Shown here: one piece after another, positions 1-8,928 of the stretch
Layout of the letters: each line of letters opens with the position of its first letter
How positions within the stretch are numbered: the first letter of the stretch is position 1
Source of the DNA: Candidatus Yonathbacteria bacterium RIFCSPLOWO2_01_FULL_47_33b
GTDB lineage: Bacteria > Patescibacteriota > Minisyncoccia > Phycocordibacterales > UBA1550
Length of the DNA stretch: 64,000 nt
NCBI GenBank assembly: GCA_001823575.1
Contig: MHUW01000007.1
Location: 24,223 to 88,222, forward strand
Reading direction: 5' to 3'
The notes under the pieces: generated by a model
What the model was told of the DNA's origin: nothing
Database searches by the model: none
What the model saw: only the letters and a program-made list of their open reading frames with translations
Position numbers and translations under genes: made by a program

Positions 1-1060
1 TTTCGCCGGTGATTTTTACGACATCCTTATCAACTTTCTTGAGCTCTCTGTAGGCTGCAGTGTAGTGGTTGACCGTGGTACCGAGTGCGTTGCCGAGCTT
101 TTTCATATATTCCTCGTAAGCGGTCAGGTGTTTGCGAAGCTCCTCGACGCGACCAATGATGAGCTGTGCCGACTCTTCAATTTTAAACGCACGGAAACCG
201 TAGAGCACCGACTGAAGGTATGCTGAAAATGTGGTTGGAGATACAATGATAACGCGTTTTTCATTTGATGCGTAGTCGATGAGGCTCCTGGTATTGACCT
301 TGACCGCACCCACTTCGTTGATGAGGAGGTCGTAGTAAATACCCTCAGCGGGAATGAACATAAAAGCGAACGGCAGTGTCCCCTCCTCGGGCCGTACATA
401 TTTTGCAGTCTCGTCGATACGTTTTTTAAGATCGTTTCTGAAGTCCTTTTCGAGCTCTTCTTTGCGCGTCTCGTCGGTCTCATTAATGATGCGGTTGTAG
501 TTGTCGAGCGAGAACTTTGCGTCAACCGGTATCATGCCGTCTTTGGTCAAAATGACCGCATCAACGGTTTCCCCGTTTTTGAACTGATGTTGAAGTTTGT
601 AGGCGGTTGGGGGAAGGATATTTGAAAGGATGAGCTCGAGGGCTGCTTCGCCCAAGTTGCCACGTTGCTTTTGGTGCTTGAGGACCTTTTCAAGATTCTG
701 AAGCTGGTCAGCAATGGTGAGCACCTGCTTTGAAGTTTCGTTGGCTGTGGTCATTTCCTTGGCGACATTGGTAAGGTTACGCTCCACCTGTTCGTTGATC
801 TCACGGATGAGCCTTTGTGAATCGCTAAACTGCTCACGTACCGCCTGCTGCATCTCCTTGTTGGACGAGCCGACCTTGGCGTCGACCGTGCGCATAAAGT
901 CGCTCAATTGTGACTGAAAATTACCAATTTGGTTTTGGATGAGGAGGAGCGAATCGTTTTGAGGCTCAGGGGTCGCCGCAGGTGCTTTCTTTAGCAATAG
1001 GAAAAATACAACCGCGACAAGGATAACAATGAGCCCGACGAGGATAAGAGTTGATGACAT
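1..1060 (-). CDS. rmuC: DNA recombination protein RmuC, 3'-truncated by window start
   Basis: Manual minus-strand translation from ATG at 1060..1058 gives MSSTLILVGLIVILVAVVFF...QRGNLGEAALE..., an N-terminal TM segment plus RmuC-like coiled-coil body. It is absent from the ORF track because it runs off the window edge. Confidence 0.75.
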   Translation of the reverse strand, partial: MSSTLILVGLIVILVAVVFFLLLKKAPAATPEPQNDSLLLIQNQIGNFQSQLSDFMRTVDAKVGSSNKEMQQAVREQFSDSQRLIREINEQVERNLTNVAKEMTTANETSKQVLTIADQLQNLEKVLKHQKQRGNLGEAALELILSNILPPTAYKLQHQFKNGETVDAVILTKDGMIPVDAKFSLDNYNRIINETDETRKEELEKDFRNDLKKRIDETAKYVRPEEGTLPFAFMFIPAEGIYYDLLINEVGAVKVNTRSLIDYASNEKRVIIVSPTTFSAYLQSVLYGFRAFKIEESAQLIIGRVEELRKHLTAYEEYMKKLGNALGTTVNHYTAAYRELKKVDKDVVKITGE

Positions 1061-1061
1061 A

Positions 1062-1259
1062 TTACATTCCGTAGGCGGTACCAAGGCTTGATAGCATTGC
1101 AGGGATGGCAAAAAGGAGACCTATGAGGGGCACGACAAAGAGAACAATGCTCGAAATGAGCGTCCACATAAAATACTTGCGGGTCTTTTCCGACGAAACA
1201 TACACTTTCTGTAAAAGCTCTTCTTGTGCTGCGAGACGATTTAAAATTTCTTGTTCCAT
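1062..1259 (-). CDS. small membrane protein (65 aa), translationally coupled upstream of rmuC
   Basis: ORF with one TM helix. Its TAA stop lies 1 nt before the rmuC ATG. Confidence 0.45.
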   Translation of the reverse strand: MEQEILNRLAAQEELLQKVYVSSEKTRKYFMWTLISSIVLFVVPLIGLLFAIPAMLSSLGTAYGM

Positions 1260-1292
1260 TCCCCCATTCTACTACAGTGATTGGTAAAAGAA

Positions 1293-1330
1293 AAACAGAC
1301 TGCCATTACTGACAGTCTGTTTGATTTTTA
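1293..1330 (-). terminator. rho-independent terminator after the GGDEF gene
   Basis: Hairpin acagactg/cagtctgt followed by a U-run on the minus strand. Confidence 0.6.
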
Positions 1331-1335
1331 GAGGT

Positions 1336-1917
1336 TTAGCCCCTCGACGTGCGACCCTTTTCTTTATCCTCGTACATAGCTTTATCGGCCAATGAAAGGA
1401 TTTTTTTGAACGGGCGAATCTCGTAGTCGTCGGGAGTGAGCGCTGTTGCTACCCCAACTGAAGTGCGGAGACTCAAAGTTATACCGTCTGCGTTAAAAGG
1501 ATTTGCTGCCAGTGTGTCCTTAATCTTTCTCTTAACACACTCCGCTTGCTCAAGGTTACTCTCTGGTAGGATAACAATAAACTCATCACCGCTAGGGCGA
1601 GAGATAACATCGTAGTCTTCCCTCAAAAGATCCTTGAGTGTTACTGCAAAGTACTTGATAACTTCATCACCGATATGGTGGCCGTAGGTATCGTTGATGT
1701 CCTTGAAACGATCCAGGTCAAGATTCAGTACAGCGAAGTTGTTTTTCTGGCACGTATCGCGGGACAGGATTGAGAAATGGTGCGCCAATGCTTCTTCCAT
1801 TCCTCTCCGGTTCAATAACCCCGTAAGGTGGTCGTGAGTTACCAGGAGCTCAAGTTCCTTGATTCGTTTTTCTTGAGCCTTAATCTTCGTGCGTGCTTTT
1901 TTAAGAGTCAGTGGCAT
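1336..1917 (-). CDS. GGDEF-domain protein (diguanylate cyclase-like, SGDEF variant) with N-terminal coiled coil
   Basis: HLTGLLNRRG...SRPSGDEF...GVA motifs typical of the GGDEF domain. Strong SD (GGAGG) upstream. Confidence 0.8.
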   Translation of the reverse strand: MPLTLKKARTKIKAQEKRIKELELLVTHDHLTGLLNRRGMEEALAHHFSILSRDTCQKNNFAVLNLDLDRFKDINDTYGHHIGDEVIKYFAVTLKDLLREDYDVISRPSGDEFIVILPESNLEQAECVKRKIKDTLAANPFNADGITLSLRTSVGVATALTPDDYEIRPFKKILSLADKAMYEDKEKGRTSRG

Positions 1918-2065
1918 TATTGCCTCCTTCGAATCGCATGGGTTAGTTAAAGAACACCAATTTCATTACTGGAAGCAAGTATAGCATATTATGTGTAAAA
2001 AGTCAATGTAGACGATGCGCCTTAAAACTCCTATACTGTAAGGGTATTTTTAAACATTTTTCACT

Positions 2066-2521
2066 ATGTCTCTACACGAACAAATCAAAGGCGAAATAAA
2101 AGCGGCAATGCTCGCCAAGGATGCGGTACGCCTTTCTGTGGTGCGCAATATGGTTTCATCTTTTATGAACGAACTCGTTGCAACGGGTAAAACTCCACAG
2201 GATATTCTCGATGATGCAGGGGTTCTCAAAGTCATTAAACGCCTCTCCAACCAACGCAAAGACTCTATCGAGCAGTTTGTAAAAGGTGGCCGCCCTGAGC
2301 TTGCTGAAAGCGAACAAGCGGAGCTCGCTATTCTCGACACCTACCTCCCTACCCTGATGTCACGCGAGGAGATCAAGGTTGTTGCTCTTGCAAAAAAGGC
2401 TGCGCTTGGTGTCACCGACAAAGCAAAAGCAGGCCAGCTCACGGGGATCATCATGAAGGACCTCGCCGGTAAGGCAGGTGGCGGCGACGTGAAGGCGGTG
2501 GTAGATGAACTGTTTGTCTAA
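2066..2521 (+). CDS. yqeY: GatB/YqeY domain protein
   Basis: 151 aa with typical YqeY family composition. TATACT -10 upstream. Confidence 0.8.
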   Translation: MSLHEQIKGEIKAAMLAKDAVRLSVVRNMVSSFMNELVATGKTPQDILDDAGVLKVIKRLSNQRKDSIEQFVKGGRPELAESEQAELAILDTYLPTLMSREEIKVVALAKKAALGVTDKAKAGQLTGIIMKDLAGKAGGGDVKAVVDELFV

Positions 2522-2550
2522 TTGACGAGGTTCTTGTATTTGCGTATAGT
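2522..2550 (+). promoter_or_regulatory. sigma70-like promoter TTGACG-17-TATAGT
   Basis: Hexamers with a 17-bp spacer, followed by AGAGGAG SD and the ATG at 2594. Confidence 0.55.
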
Positions 2551-2593
2551 ACCGTTTAGCATCGTTCTATACTAAACCACAGAGGAGATTGCC

Positions 2594-2962
2594 ATGAATA
2601 AGCTCGTGTTGTTGTGTTTGTTATTTTCAGCAAGTACTGTTTTTGCCGAAGAGTTTTATACTGCGGGCGAGTCCTATCAAGGTCAGCCAATCGCATGTCT
2701 TACTGAGAAGGATGCATCCGACCTTGCGGAGGCCTATGTTCACGAAGGCCTCGAGGAGCTCAACAACGTTCTCGTTCAGAAGAGCGCAAAAAACCTTTGC
2801 GTTGCGGGGGTGCCAGTCACGTTCACGGTCATCAGAAGTGTCTCTACTCATAAGGACAAAGAAACTGTCTATGTGATCGAGATAATGTCGAATGGTATCT
2901 ACTATATTGTCGACCCTCATCCTGTTGCCACCAGGAATCACCGAAAAGTGATTCCGGTATGA
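2594..2962 (+). CDS. secreted hypothetical protein
   Basis: Signal-peptide-like N-terminus MNKLVLLCLLFSASTVFA. Good SD. Confidence 0.6.
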   Translation: MNKLVLLCLLFSASTVFAEEFYTAGESYQGQPIACLTEKDASDLAEAYVHEGLEELNNVLVQKSAKNLCVAGVPVTFTVIRSVSTHKDKETVYVIEIMSNGIYYIVDPHPVATRNHRKVIPV

Positions 2963-2967
2963 GGCAA

Positions 2968-3001
2968 AAGACCCGAGCAAGAAATTGCCCGGGTCTTTTT
3001 T
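2968..3001. terminator. bidirectional rho-independent terminator
   Basis: agacccg...cgggtct hairpin flanked by an A-run and a T-run between convergent genes. Confidence 0.65.
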
Positions 3002-4262
3002 ATGCCTGTTTCTTTGTTGGACGCTTCATTGTTTTGCTTCGTACGGTGCGGTGGTAGGCTATGGAAAAACGGTGTGCCTCGCTGTTGGCGAGGAGAATGG
3101 CGCGCTCTGACACACCAAGGACCGACCTTGAGCCCAAATTCTTAAGGTCGGACCTTTTCCCATACAGAATCTCGCGTGGGCGATGAAACTCATCTTTGAC
3201 AACACCAACAATGGGGATGCCGAGGCCCCATTCAGCAAGGGACTTGCGCGCGGTGTTTACTTGCGCCTTACCTCCATCGACCACGATGAGTTTCGGCATA
3301 GGCCACTCAGTATGCGCAAAACGACGCTCAAGCATTTCACGAAGCGAAGCATTATCGTCGTTGGTGGAGGTTTTTATCTTAAATTTCCGATAGTCACTCT
3401 TTTTTGCTTCCCCGTTTTCGAGCACGACCATTACGCCGACGGTGCTGGTGCCCGAAATGTGTGCTGAATCGTATGCCTCGATACGAAACAATTCCGTACC
3501 TTGTTTGGCTAGTTTCTCGTGGAAGTTTTCTTTAAGGAGTGCAATGTCTTGTATGTGGGTCAGTGCAAAAAGAGTTTTCTTGAGACGTGCAGCTTCTTCA
3601 AATTTTAGTTCTTTTGCAGCTTTGTTCATATCACGCTCAATACTGACGAGGAGTGTTTGTTTCTTACCTTCAAAAAAGAGTTTGATACGCTGAATGGTTT
3701 TGCCATATTCAGCACGTGACATGGTGCCCGCACAGACACCCGGACAGATCCCTAGTTGTGCGTTGAAACATGGCTTCCCTGCCCCAGGCTTGCATTTATC
3801 ACGGAACGGAAAGATTTTGCGCACGAGCGAAAGGGCCTCCCGGAGCACGCTTCCTTGCGGAAATGGTCCGAAGGAATATTTTACTTCATTAGTCCCTGAC
3901 TCTAATTCACGCCCTCTCATTGTTATGACACGCGGAAACTCCTCTTTCGTAATGACAACATAATTAAAGCTTTTGTTATCTTTTTCTTTGGTATTGTAGG
4001 GCGGCTGATGTTTCTTGATGAGGTGTGCTTCAAGAATGAGTGCCTCGAGCACGGAATCAGTCTCTACGAAATCGACTGAGGTTGCTACCTCAACCATCGC
4101 GACCAAAAGCGGCCCGCGGGTGGCGATGAGGTCGCGGCGAAAATAACTCGCGACACGGCTCTTGAGAGAGGTTGCCTTACCAATATACAAAACCGCGCGG
4201 CGAGATCCGCGAAAGATGTAAACGCCAGGGCTGTCAGGGAGTTTTGTATTGAGCTTTTGCAT
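3000..4262 (-). CDS. uvrC: excinuclease ABC subunit C, short form lacking the C-terminal (HhH)2 domain
   Basis: GIY-YIG motif VYIFRG...LYIGKA and an RNaseH-like endonuclease region are present. The ORF track extends to 4619 from an alternative start, but the conserved N-terminus begins at MQKLNTKLPDSPGVYIF (ATG 4262..4260). Confidence 0.85.
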   Translation of the reverse strand: MQKLNTKLPDSPGVYIFRGSRRAVLYIGKATSLKSRVASYFRRDLIATRGPLLVAMVEVATSVDFVETDSVLEALILEAHLIKKHQPPYNTKEKDNKSFNYVVITKEEFPRVITMRGRELESGTNEVKYSFGPFPQGSVLREALSLVRKIFPFRDKCKPGAGKPCFNAQLGICPGVCAGTMSRAEYGKTIQRIKLFFEGKKQTLLVSIERDMNKAAKELKFEEAARLKKTLFALTHIQDIALLKENFHEKLAKQGTELFRIEAYDSAHISGTSTVGVMVVLENGEAKKSDYRKFKIKTSTNDDNASLREMLERRFAHTEWPMPKLIVVDGGKAQVNTARKSLAEWGLGIPIVGVVKDEFHRPREILYGKRSDLKNLGSRSVLGVSERAILLANSEAHRFSIAYHRTVRSKTMKRPTKKQA

Positions 4263-4337
4263 GACAGTTTTTGGGATATTGACCCTTAATACAGGTAAGT
4301 ATATAGTTATAGGAGAGCACTTTACAAGGAGAGAATC

Positions 4338-4706
4338 ATGAATGCGTACCATAAATCGTCCATTCCGGTGGGGATTCTTTTCCCTGAGATCTTTGAAGAT
4401 ATCCTGTGCTCGCTTTTGACGCACATCCCCTTTTTGCAAATGCCGTGCATGCACGAGTTTCTTGTTGCGCGCGCAGAGTTCCTCACGCTGTGGATTGTGG
4501 GAGTACCCAACGAGCGAGGCTGGGAATTTTTGCAAAAGATAAAGGAAGGTCGAGATGTGAACATGTCGGTATCCTTCCCAGACCCCTATACTATTGCAGA
4601 GGATCACATGCGGCGTCAAATGAACTACGTGTTCATCGACAAGCTCATAGAAGACTATGCGACGTCAATCGTTCCGCGTAAAACAAAACTGTTGACCCGC
4701 AAGTAA
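4338..4706 (+). CDS. hypothetical protein
   Basis: Strong SD (AAGGAGAG) 7 nt upstream. Followed by a terminator. Confidence 0.6.
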   Translation: MNAYHKSSIPVGILFPEIFEDILCSLLTHIPFLQMPCMHEFLVARAEFLTLWIVGVPNERGWEFLQKIKEGRDVNMSVSFPDPYTIAEDHMRRQMNYVFIDKLIEDYATSIVPRKTKLLTRK

Positions 4707-4715
4707 TTTTTACCA

Positions 4716-4751
4716 AATAGCTGCCCACCCCGCAGCTATTTCTTTTTTTTG
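4716..4751 (+). terminator. rho-independent terminator
   Basis: aatagctgc-ccacccc-gcagctatt hairpin plus T8. Confidence 0.7.
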
Positions 4752-4835
4752 CCATTGTATTGATTTTTCCTTGTGGGAGTGTAGAGTAAAGTGAGAAGCC
4801 TTATTCCCCCATCAATCTCGTGAAGGAGGTGTGAT

Positions 4836-5153
4836 ATGAGCCCCGCACATCCCATGTTCCTTACCTTTTGCGACATGTTTCCTCGTATCTCCCAGGAGTT
4901 GCAGGAAGAACTTATTGAACAAATTCCCCAGCGTGTTTTTGCCAGAGAGGAAATTGGATTTTTCACCCTTTTGCTGGTCAGGGGGGTTTCAATCAATGGT
5001 TGCACATGTCGAGTATATTTCAATGAAGCATTTTCTCCCTTTGATCTACTAACCATTGCTGACTTCGTTAATCATTACAAGGATGCCTTAATGTGGTTCC
5101 ACCAGCGCGTGCGCATTTTGAAGATAAACCAACAACTCAAAAAACCTCGGTAA
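4836..5153 (+). CDS. hypothetical protein
   Basis: SD GGAGGTG upstream. Terminator downstream. Confidence 0.55.
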   Translation: MSPAHPMFLTFCDMFPRISQELQEELIEQIPQRVFAREEIGFFTLLLVRGVSINGCTCRVYFNEAFSPFDLLTIADFVNHYKDALMWFHQRVRILKINQQLKKPR

Positions 5154-5160
5154 CTTCCCA

Positions 5161-5190
5161 ACTACCCTCGGGGAGGGTAGTTTTATTTTC
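5161..5190 (+). terminator. rho-independent terminator
   Basis: ctaccctc-gggg-agggtag hairpin plus ttttatttt. The uvrA stop codon lies inside the T-tract. Confidence 0.65.
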
Positions 5191-7750
5191 GCTTGAGTAC
5201 TTTTTTCAGATACTTGCCGGTATGCGATGCAGGGTTTGAAGCAATTTGCTCGGGCGTACCGCGGGCGACGATCTGTCCGCCGCCTTCCCCGCCCTCGGGT
5301 CCGATGTCGAGCACATAATCGGCGCTCTTGATAACGTCCATATTGTGCTCAATCAAGAACACGCTATTTCCTTTGTCGACGAGTTTTTGAAGAATCTCAA
5401 TGAGTTTGCGCACATCCTCATAGTGGAGGCCAACGGTCGGCTCATCGAGGAGATAGATAGTACGCTCTGCGTAAGGGCGGTAGAGCTCGGAAGAAATCTT
5501 TACGCGCTGAGCTTCACCGCCAGAAAGTGTCGTCGCTGATTGCCCGAGTTTCAGGTACCCAAGACCCACTTCGTTTAAGGTTTTCAGGCGATCATAGATT
5601 GCAGGAATATCTTCAAAGAACGTAAGCGCCTCTTCAACCGTCATTTCGAGAATGTCGTAGATATTTTTCTTTTTGTACTTAACCTCAAGGGTGTCCTTTT
5701 CGAAACGTTTACCGCGACAGACGTCACAGGTCACATACACGGTTGGGAGAAAGTGCATCTCAACGGCAATCGTCCCGTTACCCTGACACGTCTCACAGCG
5801 CCCACCTTTTACGTTGAACGAAAATCGCCCTGGACCCCAACCGCGCAAGCGGGCCTCTTCGGTTTCAGAAAAAAGATCACGAATAAAGGTAAAGGAGCCA
5901 GTGTAGGTGGCAGGGTTTGAGCGCGGTGTGCGGCCTATCGGTGACTGGTCGATGAGGACCGTGCGTGAAAGATACTCCGTGCCGGTAAAACTCTCGCAGT
6001 TGTAAATGTCGTTGGTGCGGTACTTGTACTCAAGACGCGCTTGGAGATTTTTGTGAATGATCTCGTAAAGGAACGTTGACTTACCAGACCCTGATACACC
6101 CGTAATAACCACCATCTTGCCAAGAGGAATCTCTGCATTCAAATGTTTGATATTGAATGCAGCACCTTCACGAATGCGCAAATGCCCACGGTCCTCCTCT
6201 CGACGCTTGTGGGGTATCTCAACCTCAGTATCTCCACGCAAATAGTCGAGGGTAAGGGATTTGTATTTTTTAGGATTCGTAATGAGATCATCAAGGTATC
6301 CCGACACTACGACTTCTCCGCCGTGTACCCCAGCACCAGGGCCGATGTCCACCATGTAGTCTGAGGCAAAGATGGTGTCCTCATCATGCTCCACCACAAT
6401 AATCGTATTACCAATATCGCGGAGGTCCTTCAATGTTTTAATGAGGCGGTCATTGTCGCGCTGATGCAAGCCGATGGTTGGTTCATCGAGTACGTAGAGT
6501 GCACCCACCAGGCGTGAGCCAAGCTGGGACGCGAGGCGGATACGTTGTGCCTCCCCGCCAGAGAGCGTATTGGCACGGCGGTCGAGGGTCAAGTATTCAA
6601 TACCAACATCAAGCATAAAGCGAAGACGGTTTTCGATTTCCTTTACTACAGGTACGGAGATATCTTTATCGCGCGGAGAGATTTTCAAGTTCGCAAAAAA
6701 GTCGCTGGCGTCTTTGATAGACATGCGCGATACTTCAACAATGTTTTTGCCGGAAACGAGCACCTGTAATGCCTCCTTGCGCAAGCGCGCACCCTCACAG
6801 TCGGGGCAAACCTCTTTGCCAAAGAAATGTTTGCTACCAAGGCCGTTGCAGGCCTCACAAGCACCGTAGGGCGAGTTGAATGAAAACAGACGTGGTTCAA
6901 TCTCAGGATACGAAAATCCATCATTAGGGCAGGCAAAGCGGTTGGACATAATAGAGTCTTTGGTCTCCACTCCCTCTTTCGTAAATACAATACGCACAAG
7001 ACTCTGCGACTCATCAAGTGCTTTTTCTACGGCCTCGCCAAGTCGTTCACGACCTTTTGTGTTCTTTCCCTTAAAATCTTCAAGTGAAATTTCATCAACA
7101 AGAACATCAATCTCATGCTTCTTTGTTTTGGTGAGGACAATTTGCTCACGGAGATTCTTCATGACACCATCAACACGCACCATCAAGTAGCCTTTACTGA
7201 GTAAGTCGTAGAGCAACTGATAGTATTCGCCTTTACGGCCGCGAACCATCGGTGCAAAAATACGCACCGAAGTTGCAGACTTTCCCGAGGCTCCCTTGAT
7301 TTCATCCATAATGAAGTTGATGATCTCTTCATTGCCAAGACGCTTGATTTCCGTTCCACAAACGAGACAGTGTGGCTTGCCGATACGCGCATAGAGGACA
7401 CGGAGGTAATCATAGATTTCGGTGATGGTCGCCACGGTCGAGCGCGGGTTTGAGGAGTGTGATTTCTGGTCAATAGAGATTGCCGGCGAAAGACCCGTAA
7501 TCTCATCGACATCAGGCTTTTGCATTTGGTTCAAGAACTGGCGAGCATACGCCGAGAGTGACTCCACATAGCGGCGCTGACCCTCGGCGAAAATCGTATC
7601 AAAGGCAAGCGAAGACTTTCCCGAGCCAGAGAGGCCCGTGAATACGGTCATCGTGCCACGCGGAATCTCCACACTCACATTTTTGAGGTTGTGGGTGCGT
7701 GCTCCTTTGACGACAATCTTGTCGAGTTCTTTTTCTTTTTTGTTTGCCAT
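5183..7750 (-). CDS. uvrA: excinuclease ABC subunit A
   Basis: Two ABC ATPase modules ([22 protein letters not shown]), zinc-finger Cys pairs and LSGGEAQR signatures. 855 aa. Confidence 0.95.
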   Translation of the reverse strand: MANKKEKELDKIVVKGARTHNLKNVSVEIPRGTMTVFTGLSGSGKSSLAFDTIFAEGQRRYVESLSAYARQFLNQMQKPDVDEITGLSPAISIDQKSHSSNPRSTVATITEIYDYLRVLYARIGKPHCLVCGTEIKRLGNEEIINFIMDEIKGASGKSATSVRIFAPMVRGRKGEYYQLLYDLLSKGYLMVRVDGVMKNLREQIVLTKTKKHEIDVLVDEISLEDFKGKNTKGRERLGEAVEKALDESQSLVRIVFTKEGVETKDSIMSNRFACPNDGFSYPEIEPRLFSFNSPYGACEACNGLGSKHFFGKEVCPDCEGARLRKEALQVLVSGKNIVEVSRMSIKDASDFFANLKISPRDKDISVPVVKEIENRLRFMLDVGIEYLTLDRRANTLSGGEAQRIRLASQLGSRLVGALYVLDEPTIGLHQRDNDRLIKTLKDLRDIGNTIIVVEHDEDTIFASDYMVDIGPGAGVHGGEVVVSGYLDDLITNPKKYKSLTLDYLRGDTEVEIPHKRREEDRGHLRIREGAAFNIKHLNAEIPLGKMVVITGVSGSGKSTFLYEIIHKNLQARLEYKYRTNDIYNCESFTGTEYLSRTVLIDQSPIGRTPRSNPATYTGSFTFIRDLFSETEEARLRGWGPGRFSFNVKGGRCETCQGNGTIAVEMHFLPTVYVTCDVCRGKRFEKDTLEVKYKKKNIYDILEMTVEEALTFFEDIPAIYDRLKTLNEVGLGYLKLGQSATTLSGGEAQRVKISSELYRPYAERTIYLLDEPTVGLHYEDVRKLIEILQKLVDKGNSVFLIEHNMDVIKSADYVLDIGPEGGEGGGQIVARGTPEQIASNPASHTGKYLKKVLKRK

Positions 7751-7885
7751 AGTGATGTGGTGTTGAACGTCATATCATACCATTACTTTTCGATTTAAGC
7801 AATGGTTGTATGGTGAGGGGGCGCATGCTAGCATTATCTCTAGAAGTAGCAGTTCTCCGAAATATCATACAACGAGGAGGTCGCC

Positions 7886-8569
7886 ATGAAGCTATTGCTC
7901 GTAGTCCTTGCTTTGGTCTTCTTACCGTTCGATGTGTTTGCTGACGATGGCAAAAATTGTTCCATCAACCTCGGTGCTGGCCAGATTTCAATCGATGCAA
8001 ATCGCTTTACTATGTCTGCCGCCGAGCAGAGACTTATGCAGGACCCTCATATCGTTGCTTCGCGAACTGTCCACAACAAAACAGATGTGCAGCAAATTTC
8101 CCTTGGCTGCATGGTCACCGAGCACTGGGGTGTTGATGTGGTCGCAACGCGAGGCATCGAGTTTGCCATCGAGAACACGATTGATCTCCCTGACCTCGCC
8201 GCATTTGAAGAGACCAACAACCTTCCTGTTACTCCTACTTCGGCAACCGTCACAAGGAGCGTAAAAGCCAACACCACTCTCGGCGCCGTCGTGAATTACG
8301 TGTTGCCCATCAACGATTCGTTTAGTCTTCGGTTCGGTGTCGGTATTCACCGCATTACCCTTAACGAAACTTCTCAGATTGAAGTGAGCGACGTGACGGG
8401 GCGACATCTCATTATTCCTGGTCCATCAGAAAAGAAAAGTGGGAATATTCCCACCATCACCATCGGTGCGGGAATGAAGGTGGCGCGCGACTTCAGTCTT
8501 GCAGGACAGTTTTATGTCCCCGCCAAAGGTGTCCGCGCGGTGTTCGTTACCCTCAAGTATGATTTTTAG
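7886..8569 (+). CDS. secreted hypothetical protein
   Basis: Signal peptide MKLLLVVLALVFLPFDVFA. SD GAGGAGG. Confidence 0.65.
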   Translation: MKLLLVVLALVFLPFDVFADDGKNCSINLGAGQISIDANRFTMSAAEQRLMQDPHIVASRTVHNKTDVQQISLGCMVTEHWGVDVVATRGIEFAIENTIDLPDLAAFEETNNLPVTPTSATVTRSVKANTTLGAVVNYVLPINDSFSLRFGVGIHRITLNETSQIEVSDVTGRHLIIPGPSEKKSGNIPTITIGAGMKVARDFSLAGQFYVPAKGVRAVFVTLKYDF

Positions 8570-8595
8570 TTTGTAACCCTCCTCCAAGGGTTTAG

Positions 8596-8630
8596 ATCCG
8601 CTTTACCGCGGGTCTTTTTTTGTATAAAAA
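8596..8630 (+). terminator. rho-independent terminator
   Basis: agatccgc...gcgggtct hairpin plus T7. Confidence 0.6.
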
Positions 8631-8635
8631 ATACC

Positions 8636-8672
8636 ACCTTCACAGAGTGTGAAAGTGGTACGTGGTACAGCG
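8636..8672 (-). terminator. rho-independent terminator (minus strand)
   Basis: accactttcaca-ctc-tgtgaaggtggt followed by U6 on the minus strand. Confidence 0.6.
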
Positions 8673-8679
8673 TTCAGAA

Positions 8680-8865
8680 CTATTCGGATGCTTTACCGAT
8701 TGCGCGGTCGATATTTGCTGTCGTATTTTTCTGGGCCTCCTCAAGGTAGTGTTTACCCGCCTGTAAAAGCTGGTAGCCACCGAGTAGCGCTAGGCCAAGA
8801 ATCAAGAACAACAAGACAATCTTAACCTTTTTGCCATCGTTACGTTGTGCCATTCGAGCCTCCAA
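8680..8865 (-). CDS. small membrane protein (61 aa)
   Basis: Single TM helix. Flanked by a terminator. Confidence 0.4.
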   Translation of the reverse strand: MEARMAQRNDGKKVKIVLLFLILGLALLGGYQLLQAGKHYLEEAQKNTTANIDRAIGKASE

Positions 8866-8928
8866 TAGGACGATGAAAGAACAAATATATTATAGCATAC
8901 ATTACATAAAAATGCAAGTTTTTGCTGC

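Noticed and set aside
124-525. 133-aa minus-strand ORF in the ORF track
   Set aside because: It lies in a different frame inside the truncated rmuC gene. It has a low-complexity Ser/Thr/Arg composition typical of an off-frame artefact.
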